Assembly: GCA_000708835.1 (NCBI GenBank)
Contig: DF237486.1
Coordinates: 1-62,089 of the forward strand
DNA: 62,089 nucleotides
Reading direction: 5' to 3'
Source of the DNA: Klebsormidium nitens
Lineage: Eukaryota; Plantae; Klebsormidiophyceae
Of the stretch, positions 22,801 through 34,600 are shown one piece after another. The notes under the pieces are model-generated. The model was not told the DNA's origin and searched no databases. It saw only the letters and a program-made list of their open reading frames with translations. How positions within the stretch are numbered: the stretch's first letter is position 1; every line of letters starts with the position of its first letter. A program made the position numbers and the translations under genes.

Positions 22801-25800
22801 TGGAAGAACCTGCAGAGCAGGTTGCTGCTCGGCCTGCTGCCTCACAAGTTCAGCTATAATCAATCCACAGTGTCTTCAACGGGCAGATTAGAAGGGGGCC
22901 TCACCAGCGTCAGGACCTCAATGACCTCCTCGACGATGATGTATCGTGGTTGCAGAAACTCGACGATCCGCAGAAAGTCTTGGAAGAACATACGGCCCGC
23001 CGGCAGCTCCTCCGCCGGCTCGACTGGGGGCTCGGGATCCTCCCCCGAGGACGTCGAGTTCCGCCGTATTGATGTCTTGCTGTTCCGGGGGTTGGCTCCG
23101 CTGAAGCTCTGGCAAGGGAGGCCGGCGGTGATCATCTCGACGTCGCCCGGGCCAGGCGCGTTGGGGTCTCTGCGACTGCAAAACGGGGCGCACCGCAAGG
23201 CGTTCATATAGATCCAGAGATTGGAGATATCGTTGAGGAAGGACTTAGAGAGGATAAACAGGCGATGAATTGGATCGGTATGCACCCTTGCAGGACAACC
23301 GACATGTTTGCACAAGACACAGTCGGACTCATTCTGACTGCTTTCGAAGCACATGTCCAGGCTCTTGGTACTCTGCAATAAGATCTTGAATTACATCTTA
23401 ATCCCGTGAACCTTGACTTGAGCTTCAGTCCATCAGCAATAGAAGGCACAAGTTTCTCAGAAGAAATCCGCCAACGGGGAACCTGCAAGCTGCGCTCCAA
23501 CAGCACGAATGGGCTGTTACGCCAGCGCTTGCGCAAATTGGGTCAATGGGCGCCAGCCGCTTACCTGGTAATGCGATCACAGAAGTCGGCCATGCTCTCT
23601 CTAAACACGCCGATTTTCGGGATGTTCTTCACGCACGTGGAGAGGGGATCCTGCAGGTGACAACGGTGACCGGCAAAGAATGTCAACAACCAGACCCACG
23701 ATCGGGCTGATGAAAGGGACGCCTGGGTGCCTCTAGGGCGGATGCCATCTCAGAAGCGATTCTTGGACGAAGATGAAGTCACTCAACAAACAATTAGATC
23801 AATCTTTGTAGCATCAGGCACGCCAGATGATGATCTACGCCGGCACTGAAGTTGGAGAAACGGCCAGAATATGCAAGCTATAAAGTTGGAAGTAGGTGCC
23901 CGCCTTCTCTGTGTCCACAGCGTAAGTGGGCACGATCTTATGGGCCCCAGGTCCACCGCCAATACTGGCATAGGAACACCCTAACCCGAGCGCCCCGGTT
24001 CCCGCACAAAGGTCCAAGTTACGCAACACCCCTGGGGGCGTTTTGGGTTTGGGGGCGGGCAGTCTCGGGGGCTCGTTGAAATAGATACTTTCCGGGGGTG
24101 TACACATCTGGGCACTTCTGGTGTCTGATGGGGCAGTCAGCAGCTGGGGGGGTAGGGGGTGCACAGGAGAGGGTGCGGCGGGCAACTGAAGGGGAGCGCC
24201 GCTGCTATCAGAAGGGCGGAGAGAGAGCTCGAGGGGCGCGGAGCTAGAAGAGGTGACAGCAGCTTGAGCATGCCCCAGTTGCGTTTGGAGTGGTGTCAGG
24301 GCCTGATCGGAGGCCCACTCCAGGGCAAAGCTTGGGGCGCTGGTTAGCAGGTGAGGCGATCGAAGCGCTGCCTCCCTTCTCCAGGGGGGTAGAGCTGCCG
24401 CGTTGATAAGTATGATGGGGGACTTTGGAACTGGGGGTGCCGGCAGCGGGGGCAAGGCTTCAGGGGTAGTTTGGGGCCACGCCCCGTAGGTCAGCCGCAG
24501 CGGTTCGACGAATTCCGTAACTGGAGAAGCGGGGCTTTTGGACGAGGGAGCCGGCGAGGGGGAACTAGAATCAGGGCACGACGGCGCGGGGCTCCGGGGG
24601 GCAGAGAAAGTCGGAGAAATTGCGATTTGTGTGGCGCCTTCCAGCTGGCCCGCTGATTTCGTCCCTTGGATTCGTTGACGGTCCCTGGGGGTTGCGGAGG
24701 TTTCCAGGACCGGCTCAGGGGACCTGTCGAGAGCCACGAAGTCGTGGGTCTCGCTGCAGTACTTGTACGGGACGTAAACAACTGATGTGCCAGCTGTCGC
24801 TATCAGCGGCCTCGTTGCCCCTTCCCCCTCTCCTTCACAGAACAGGGGAGCCCCCGTCAACGGTTCCGGGGCTTGCTCTCCCCAGAGCACTTCAACCTTC
24901 TTCATGATCCGATCTGCCCGCCAAAGGGCCGTGGTGTGGATCCCCAAGAACCGCTCTTGCACAGGCCACTCTAGTTCTTGCGCTGCGTCGCCCCCAGCCG
25001 GCCTCTCGGGAGGCTTCAGAATCGTCTCCTCCACCATTAAAAGCTTCCGGCCCTTGATCCAGACGGCCGGATTCGCCTCCGCCGGCCTCGCTTCTCCCCT
25101 GGCTTCCGCGCTGGCCCGGGTATCGCCCCTCACTGACCCCTTCCTACTCTCGTTCACACTGAGCACCGCATCGACAACCACGATCGTTTCGGGCTCTTCT
25201 TTCAATTGACTTGAGTCCCCTCGAAGCAGAACCCCCTCACCCACTTGCACCCTGAACAGGCCCCCGTCGTCTCTCCGCAGTTCGACACTGTGCCGGGCCC
25301 TGCCCCAAGCGTTCTTCCCGAATGCAGTCTCCAGAGCTGTTTTGTCCAGACCCTCCAGGTCGGGGGACGCGTGCCAGGTGGCATCCTTTGGCGCCTCCTT
25401 CCATGGCCGGCCCTCACGGGAATAGAAGCTACTGTCCAGGTCCAGCCGGAGCAGCTCTGCCTCCCACGGGTCATCCATGTCCACAGGTGGCAGCACCTCA
25501 AGCTCCTGGAAATAGAATACAAAGATAGGCCCGTTGAAACGCTCTCAATGTGTGAAGCTAGTGATTGGGGCACTGATCGCCAACTCGTGGAAAGTCGTCA
25601 CATCTGATCTAGGAGCTACTACTCAAGGAATTTCGAATCACATGTGTCCTTGAGTTTGGCGTTGTGTATGGAATTAGCAATGGCACAAGTGCCAACAACG
25701 TCCAGTCAGAGTCCGTGGAGCATCCTCTATCAAAGCCTAGAATGCAGTCAAAGGAAACAGATTGCCTCTCTGAAAACCAAGTCGGCCTCAGAAAGGCACC

Positions 25801-26612
25801 AAAATTGCCGCCTTCTGTAATAATTCGCCTGAGAGGTTCACCTACCTTGGCATGCTCAGTCAGNNNNNNNNNNNNNNNNNNNNNNNNNNNNNNNNNNNNN
25901 NNNNNNNNNNNNNNNNNNNNNNNNNNNNNNNNNNNNNNNNNNNNNNNNNNNNNNNNNNNNNNNNNNNNNNNNNNNNNNNNNNNNNNNNNNNNNNNNNNNN
26001 NNNNNNNNNNNNNNNNNNNNNNNNNNNNNNNNNNNNNNNNNNNNNNNNNNNNNNNNNNNNNNNNNNNNNNNNNNNNNNNNNNNNNNNNNNNNNNNNNNNN
26101 NNNNNNNNNNNNNNNNNNNNNNNNNNNNNNNNNNNNNNNNNNNNNNNNNNNNNNNNNNNNNNNNNNNNNNNNNNNNNNNNNNNNNNNNNNNNNNNNNNNN
26201 NNNNNNNNNNNNNNNNNNNNNNNNNNNNNNNNNNNNNNNNNNNNNNNNNNNNNNNNNNNNNNNNNNNNNNNNNNNNNNNNNNNNNNNNNNNNNNNNNNNN
26301 NNNNNNNNNNNNNNNNNNNNNNNNAATTCGCCTGAGAGGTTCACCTACCTTGGCATGCTCAGTCAGAAACAAAGCGGTCCCCAGCAAGGCATCGCCAGCG
26401 GGGGTCCCTTCAGGCCTGTCAACTAGCCCCCTGCCGCTGCTTCTCTCCCCACCCTCCCTTGGCTTCTGAACATGCACTCTATTCCTCTTCTTCGTTACGG
26501 GAAAGTACTTCGTGATCCGCTTCTGGTCCTGTGAGACCACCATGGGCTGTGAAATCTGCGAAACGGGCGTGGTGCATGGCTCCCCACTGACCTGGGTGCC
26601 TGGGCTCTCCAT
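19869..26612 (-). CDS. Atypical C5-cytosine DNA methyltransferase of the DNMT1/MET1 superfamily, with BAH domain; multi-exon
   Basis: Motif I LDLCAGTGALG (~24030); motifs II-III AVDTEK/DPLSTCVKNIPKIGVF; motif IV GDVEMITAGLPCQSFSGAN (~23110); motif VI PRYIIVEEV; motif VIII LGYQTRWQILLAALFGAPQNRFR followed by AAQIGEKLPQVAVPTHRAF; TRD-like LFNHKVFH and GRLPRDG; motifs IX-X SPRENALLQTFP and YRQVGNAVP. A BAH-like segment lies at ~24850-25260. The start codon is uncertain. Confidence 0.9.
21177..21480 (-). repeat. Coding tandem repeat (~75 bp / 25 aa, ~5 degenerate units) inside the MTase insertion
   Basis: Units begin (E/G)Q(P/H)(S/G)GA: EQPSGALEDAAGG, GQPGVGDG, GQHSGALKKSGSS, GQPGGAVENIRSS, GQPSGALKRKRS. 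Confidence 0.8.
25864..26324. other. Assembly gap with duplicated flanks (42 bp)
   Basis: 25822-25863 is identical to 26325-26366. Confidence 0.9.
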
Positions 26613-27421
26613 CTCTAGTTCAGACGAAAGAAGGCCTGCCACTTTACCCTTCCAATTCTTCCCAGTCCTTGATTTTACCTAAGCCCGTCATTGGGACGGA
26701 GATGCGGAGACACAGGGACACCCTGACCCAGGAGGAAAAGTCTTCGTCATGGAATCAGGAATCGATCTGAAACTGCTGCTTGACAGCATTGTTCTGCTGG
26801 TTGCCCCTTGAAGTAACATTGCTTGCAGTTAGCACTGAATCTCTGCTCAGCAATTTTTAACCCCTTCGAGCGGGTGGTAAACTGTAGGACTGTAAGTTTC
26901 GATCACGTTGCACACAGCAAACCTTGTGGACAACCGAACTGGGCAGTCACACGACTTGTGTTTACCTGCACTCTTCAACTTCAACTCTTAATCATAACAT
27001 GGGCTGAACCACAATCACCTACCTACGTCTCCCTGCAAGCGCCATAGCGCCTTCATGGCGCCATCGCCATAGCAGCTAGCCATGAATGGACCCCGTGTGA
27101 TTCTGCAACGCAGGTGACGGGAAGAAGCTTGCTGAATTCGAATTCCTACAACGCCTCAGGACCCGTTAGCTTCGACGGCGGCCATCTCCTGTCGATCGGA
27201 GTCGAGGGCAACTTAGTTTATTGTCGTTAAAAGTATACGACGACGAAGTCCGATGCGCTTACGCGCCGAAGATGCCAAAATCGGAATTGCTTGCATTGTG
27301 CAAATGTGCTGCTTCCCAACATCTCTTCGTCTAGAGCCTGAGCCTGAGGCACAGGTGGATTGTGAAAATCTTGAGCAAGTTGAGGTGAAGTTTCAGCCGC
27401 CTCTGCACCAGGTGTGCAGCC

Positions 27422-30400
27422 ATGGCGACGTGTAGCCACATCGCCTTCCAGCTGTCTCGCTGCCCTCTGCACACCCCACTTCATTCAACGCAAAAGGGGG
27501 CACTCTCGTCTGAGAAAACTTGGTCATGCGGCCCCGGGCCCGGCGCGCATCTTGGGAGCGGAATCTCTTCTTGGAATGGAGGACACGTTAGTCAAAAGTT
27601 GCTCCGTAAACCCTCTACAACAGGGTTGCGAAAACGCATGGGGCCGTCTTGCAATGCTGTGGGCAGCCTGCGTGATCAAGCGACACAAAGGGCGGAGGCG
27701 AATACTCCGGCAGGGAAAGAGGACGAGAGCTGGCTGCAAAAGGTGGCGCGCAGGATACAGGAGGGACAGGTGAGGGGCCCAGCGGGTTTTGGTAATGGTG
27801 AAGTGGGTGGAGCTGCCTTTTGTAGCGGTTCAGGAGGGGACTGCCTATGTGAACTGGAGGAATGTGCATTCTTATCAATAAAAATGTTGTAAAATACCTG
27901 CATATCCTTCAAGCAATTCTCAGCAAAAGCTGGGTTTGCAATCGACAGGTTGACTCACTCCTGTTCTAGAGGGTTCAATATTGAATGCTGCCCCATCAGA
28001 GCTACTGATGGTACAGTGAAACCACAGTCGTATGCGCACATTTTACAGACTGCCGCTTCATCACTCTTCTTCCTTTTGGGCACAGTAAAACACCGCTACC
28101 TTGCCACCGGTTGACCTGAAAATATTGCAACGCTCACAATTATGCAGCAAGCGCAAGCCACAATTGCAATGCAGCGGACTCAGCAATGCTTTTTGCAATG
28201 CTGTGTGCACTTTCGACTTCTCCCTGGTCGCCTTGCCCAGGGGCCTGTTGATACTGGCGAGCGTTGTGGGAGTCCATGCTATCATGCCATTGTTCTTCAA
28301 AAAGCCACAATTTGTGTATCCATTGCAAATCTCACCACTCATTTCTCAATCGCTTGTCCAGGAGCCTGTTGAGGCAGTCCAGGCCCTCCGTGAGTCCTCG
28401 GCCGCCTCCCTCCTGTCCCTCCGCATGCCAACCACGCGCGACGAGCAGTGGCGCTTCACCGACATTCGGAAGCTCCTTCTGACCGCGGACGTCTGGCCTG
28501 CCCCCCCTCACTTCCCCTCCGTTGACATCTCCCAATGCACCCTCCCCGAGGCAGACCAAACTCGCATTGTTCTTGTAGACGGAGTCATAGCCCCCTCGTT
28601 ATCACATCTGAATGGCCTTCTGGATGGGATCACTGTCGAGCCCCTCGCAACTAGCGCGGCGAGGGAAACTGCAGGGCAGCACCTGGGGTCGCTCGCGGGG
28701 CAGGGCCAGGGGGGGCTCGACGTGTTTTCCGCGCTGAACGGCGCTGCGGCGTCGGATGTTTTGTTGGTCAACATTCCGGACGGGAAGCAGTTGGATAAGC
28801 CGTTGCACATCGTGTATCATAGTACGGGGTCAGGGGACGGGACGACCCGGCTGGCGAGCCCACGGTTGCTGGTAGTGGCGGGGAAACATGCGGAGGTAGA
28901 GATTGTGGAGGAGTTCACCGGCGGGGGTGGGGCATACTGGACGAACGCACTGGCGGAGTTTGTACTGGGAGAGCACTCAAAGGTGAGCCCTGGAGTGGCT
29001 GGGTCTCAACGTTTATTGCCAAACTGTTAGTTTCATGTTGGCGTTCATTTTCAACTCTGTAGTTTATGCTTGTGCAGCTCCTTAGGCCCCGTTTTGAGCA
29101 AAACGTCGTAAGATGACCACCATTGCACAGTGCCCAGATCACTTTCATAAGGATTCAATGTATCATGTGCCTCAAGCTGTGCCGCACCAGTGGTGCTGTG
29201 CATAGGTGCTTCTACGCCATTATTGCATGGCCTCACTGAGCCCTGTTAGTCGGGACACTTCTATCTGCACGGCTGTTGTATTGCAGACTATACGCTCTCC
29301 GGTGTTCATTGCATTCCAGAAACTTCCACACCTTTTAAATTGTGCAAAAAGACAAGCTGTTGCAACTCAGCACCTCTTCTCACATCGCCGCTGGTTCGTA
29401 ATGGCCAGGTTTCGCATACATACATCCAGCAGCAGGCAAAGGAGGGCATTCATACCAAGCGGACCTATGTTGCACTGGCGACAAAAGCAGAATACCGTGC
29501 CACAGAAACAGGGTAAGCGGGTTGTCGGTGAAAGATTGTGTCTTTGACCGTATTGTGCCAATCCAACACCTTCTAGAGAGCTTCTCTTCACCCCTGTCTT
29601 CACTTTTTTATCTTTCCTCTGTGTTTGTGTTTTAGTAAGTTGTGCTTGATATGAGAAGCGTAACTAGACGTATACTGCTATCTTTGGAAAGTTCAGCGCT
29701 ATGGCAACAGTTTTGAGTCAAGCTGTCACATCGATTTCTTCATGATTGAACACGCCTTCGTACTTTTGTGGATCTATGCTGAAGTAAGACACTAAGTCGT
29801 ACCCTCTGATTTGGAGAAATCAGCAGGCGCAACCGGCAGGGGAAACCTTGCAATCAGCCCTTAAGGCCAGGCTCGGCTATGAAGTTCCTTTCTTCACAGT
29901 ATGCAGTGCCTCCTTCAAGCACACCCCTCTCTCGTCTCCTCATGATTGTGCTTCTCAGCCTCGATAAGCCCGTTCTCAGCTTCGGGGCCTTTCCAGAGGT
30001 TTCCACAAAGCTGCAATGGCCTTCAAGCGCTTGTATGACATGGATTTCAATCCTGGACGTCAGAGAGAACTTCGAAGATCGGCTCAGACGGCATCTTTTC
30101 TCCAAATGTTTGCGACGTCATCTTCAACCTGTGCTCCTTCCCAGTGTTCTTCCTTGAACAGTTCACCGGTGTGCTTTCAGGTGGGGCGGACGGCTGACCC
30201 GCCACAACCTGCACATCCAGCAGCTTGGCCCCGAGACCGTGACGGACGTGGCGACGTTTTACCTGGCGGGGCGCTCGCAGTTGCACGACCTCCACAGCAG
30301 CCTGTATCTCGACTACCCTCGAGGCCAGAGTAACCAGCTGCACAAGTGCATCGTCACGCACGCCACCGGTGAGGGGCCGGTAAATGTGTTTTACCAGAAA

Positions 30401-31618
30401 ACGGAAAACGCAGATACATCGGCCTCTGGGATGTGCTGATATCAGCCGGTTAGACTGGCCAATACACCGTTTGCAAAAGTTTGAGAAAGGACGCTTATCA
30501 TACGCGCTCTTTCGCTTTGAAATGAGAAGATACGTAGCCCAAGTTTAAGGTTTCTAAGCCTACCCTGCTGCAATGGGCCTTTTGTTGACTGTGTCGCGCC
30601 CGCTTCACTGCGCAGGTCATGGTGTTTTTGATGGCAACGTGCGGGTCAACAAGCTCGCGCAGCAGACGGATGCGAATCAGCTCAGCCGGAACCTATTACT
30701 GGCACCCCGAGCGACCGTCAACATCAAGCCCAATCTGCAGGTAAGCGCACGGACCCGTTCTGAGCCTTCCGTTTTCCTCCTAAAGCCAATTCGAGTGCAC
30801 AATGAGAGAAGCTTCTTCTACTGATTGGAAGGGCCATTCGTATCGCTGGGGCGTCTTTCTTTGAACAGATGGAGCCAAAAGCTGGCGCCAAGCAAGTCCG
30901 TGAAGCTGGTGCTCGCAGGCTTCCTTTTAACCTAAGAAACTCGTTTTAAAGTCCACCGAAACACGACCTTCCAGCCCTGATTGAGCTTTCGGATTCCCCA
31001 TTCAGATCATTGCTGATGACGTCAAGTGCACCCACGGGGCGGCCATCAGTGACCTGGAGGAGGACCAGCTGTTCTACTTTCAAGCCAGGGGCATCGACGC
31101 GGCGACGGCCAGGAGCGCCCTGGTCTACTCGTTCGGCTGCGAGGTAAATGTTGGCTGCTATATCGAAGAGCCGAGCCGGTTGCTGAGACTCATTATTTAT
31201 CGAAAACGCCGAGAAAGGTGACGATGTGCGTTTGCAGAACCGTGCGCTTCTTCTTTGGCACATCCGTCATGTAGGCACAGCTTCAAGGGGGGCCTGTCCT
31301 CATCACTCGAAGCTGCTTTGATAAACCCACCTTGTAAGCTTTGCGGGTTCGCCTTGGACGGGTTCTGCTTACTTTCTTCGGCCACGATTATAGAAGCATC
31401 TCGGCGTTGCGCAGCTGAGAGAATTCAACGTGTCAAAACCGATTTTATCGAGATCTATATTCTGCTTCTGTTTTGGCCTCTTCTCCTCACAGATGACTTT
31501 CTTGGCGCAGGTGACGGATAGACTGAACTTTGAAGGCCTGCGGAACCGAGTTCAAGACGGGATTCGGCAAGCTCTTATATCTGAAGGAGCCCTCGCTTCG
31601 AACCTGGGTCCCGCGTAG
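27422..31618 (+). CDS. SUFD: Plastid Fe-S cluster assembly protein SufD (NAP6-like), ~7 exons
   Basis: Transit-peptide-like exon 27422-27769, then exons ~28361-28982, 29410-29512, 30181-30368, 30616-30740, 31006-31143 and 31511-31618. Motifs: PTTRDEQWRFTD, SPRLLVVAG, LTRHNLHI, QLHKCIV, GVFDGNVRV, KPNLQIIADDVKCTHGAAISDL, LFYFQARGID. Confidence 0.96.
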
Positions 31619-34600
31619 GTAGCCTTGAAATGACACTGCTGCTCGTCCTTTGTGTCTGACGCACTTTTTCTGCACAATAAACACATTTCACGGCCTTTAC
31701 TGCACGTCTGCCGGGTCAACTTTGCTCACGAGGTTCTTGGATTCTCAGCTAAGCCCGCAGACAAGTCTGCATAGGATTCTGCCGGTGCTTCAAATGTTAA
31801 GTTCGCGGTCCTTTCCTTTCATATGCTGGCATAGCTTCAATTCATGACTCTTGATGCAATGTCAGAGGCATGTTCAATGAAGGAGTGTAGGATCAAAGGT
31901 CGTCCATCTTTATCGCGCCTAGCGCAGCTGGCCATGGCCATCCTGGCATGCACAACTCTATGTCCAGAAAAGCTCAAAGTACAATCATATGCACTGCACT
32001 AAACATTGTCAACATCCGACGTCCAGATGCGGAATGCATGCATGTGAGTACGTACTGGTTAATGCATATGCAGCGGCGCTGGCGACGCGGTATATATGAG
32101 AATCTCGTGCTGGAAAACCTTGTAACATGGTGCTCACGGATGGCCGGCATGTGACCAAACCACTGATGCATGATCGAAACTCCAAACCAACGTGATCTTC
32201 ATTCACTTAATGATCGCATGAATTAGCTAGGCGGTCTCATGGGTCTGCGCCAGGAGGCGCCTGGATCCGGCAACGCATGAACATTCAATACAATCAGATA
32301 AGGTATGATGTGCACTGCGACCTCTGAGTCTATGTATACATTGACCTGCATATAACAGCGTCCACAGTGACACCAGTGATCCTGAGAAAGTGGCTATACC
32401 AAAAGTATAGTTCGATGATGGCCACTGCCCGTACAAAGTAGCGCCCCCAAGGAGACCCACGTGAGTTCGAAAGAATGAGCTGGAGTATCATGTGATTTAT
32501 ATGGCACGGAACACGACCATATACCACTGGCTCCGGCGTCAAATTAATGCCTCCGCATCGAATCTAGTTCAAAGCGGCGGGGCACATAAAGCACGGCAGT
32601 ATAATCGCAATAATCCTGGTTTGACTCAAATCAAACCAAGACGACACTCCATCTGATCGAGTCAAACCAGGACCACATTCCGTCTGAGAGGCCCCTGTCG
32701 AATCCGTACAGCTCCTACAGTTCTCCTTTCGTGTCCGATGGCTGGACTTCTGGCGTCCCGCGTGCCGTCTCCCGCTTCTTTCTCCTGTACAGATAAAGTA
32801 AGCACTACTGTCATGGGCATGAGAGAAATACACTACCCTTCCCATTTGACGAGCGCCTTAGACCTGAGAATTTATGCAAAGCCAGAACTACGTCGTCGGA
32901 CAATCCATTCAAGCTTTGCCAACCTGCACTCATGTCCGCACAACCAGACAGGCTTAGTTTCCATCATGATGAGAAAGTTGCGCAGGCGAAAGGCGAGTAT
33001 TGCGGAGACTTACGGCCGGCACGCTCGGCTCAGCTTTCGACATAGAAGCGTCTCAATGTCGTCTATCCCATCTTCCCTTATGGCTGTCGCCAGCTGCACC
33101 ACCAGGCCGAGAGTGTGACGATCCATTGTTAGCGTGATGGGGAGCGTATCCCAATGTCGAGTCATTCAAGAGCGACATGAAATCTCCAGTTTAAAGTTTA
33201 TGGAAATCCTGCTCGATGATCTTGAGGCTCTATCTAATTCTCAAGTTGTTGATCTGCTGACGTGTGGTGCTATTCATTATAGTCCATCGATCCAAAGCAT
33301 GACACGGTAGCACAGATTGAGGTTGAGCCAGGAGACTCACTTCCTCTTCCACCCGTTCAAGAAGCCGATCGCAGTAAGTTTGTATTTCTTTGGACTGTGC
33401 TTCGGCCAGTCGTTTTAAGGCTGGATCCGCTGCACGAGTGGGGTGATATTAGAAGGCGGGCTGATTGTTGAAGATCTTTCGACCTCTGCCAAAACAGCCC
33501 AATTTGCTTGCCAGACGGTCACCGACAATCTTCGAGGTCAGACATTCTGGCTTTAGATTCGAGAGAGAATATCTTCGCCCTTTGCTGACACGAGATTTGA
33601 TCTCAGAGCATCCTAATGCTCAGTAATACCTATGAGAAAGGGAAAGGGAAATCATCGAGAATGAGCACTTACAAGGTGACTCCGTTGCTGTTGGTTTCCG
33701 CCATACAGTCTGGCAAAACGAAGGAATTGTTAGAAACATAGACATAACGAACTCTAGGTGTACAAATGACACATCCAAGCTGAGAGGAAGCCGATGGTGG
33801 GCCCATCAGGGAAGTCCTTTCTAAAATGAACCGAACGAGGAGAATGGTGGCGTCCTTTTGACATTTGTGAGTTTATAACAAAGACGCGAACAATGGACGT
33901 CACGACGTTTTGAAAAGGGCTTCATTCTTGAAGACAGTAAGTCGCCAGGTTCACTTGGAAATATATATCTACTTTTCTCATGGGTGCAACTGAATCGCTT
34001 TTATGGGTGCATCTTTCCTTAATCGATTGAATCCCTCACCTCGTTTAGCCGGTAAGCCTTTGTGGCTTTGCACAAGCCCTCAAGCAGTTCAAACGCGCGC
34101 AACTCGCTTACTCTGCAAGGCACCGCGAAGCTGAACTTGAGAATCTTGGACACCTTGACTTAAATCAAAGGTTTGAGGCAGGGGGATAACTCGCGTCTCC
34201 ATAAGCTCCAACACCCAAAAGAGCCCTCCTCAGCATAAAAACAGGGATTGCTTACCTGTAGTCAATCACGCGCCCTTCTCTCTGGCCTTTCGAGTCGAGC
34301 CGGTGTCTGAGATCAATATGGTTGCGAGGTTTCTCCTGCAAGCCACCATCTTCACACTATTACGCTGTGCGATTGGATGTTTGCTTCTAAGAGTATACTA
34401 CAAACAAAGAAAAGCCTACATGAGAATCATTAATCCAAACCAGCATCTAAGAACAACATGACTTGGACAAGTTCCCGCAGCAGAAAGAGCGCCGCCTGCT
34501 CTTGGATGCAAAACCCTGATTGACAGATGATGGTCTTGAACTCAGTCATTGATCTCTAGGCTTTCTGACAATTTGTGCCTGGGTTCTGTTGAGCCATGGC

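Noticed and set aside
19869-26612. MTase as a chromomethylase, or as cargo of a retrotransposon
   Set aside because: There is no chromodomain between motifs I and IV. The gene has many introns, and no RT, integrase or LTR is visible nearby.
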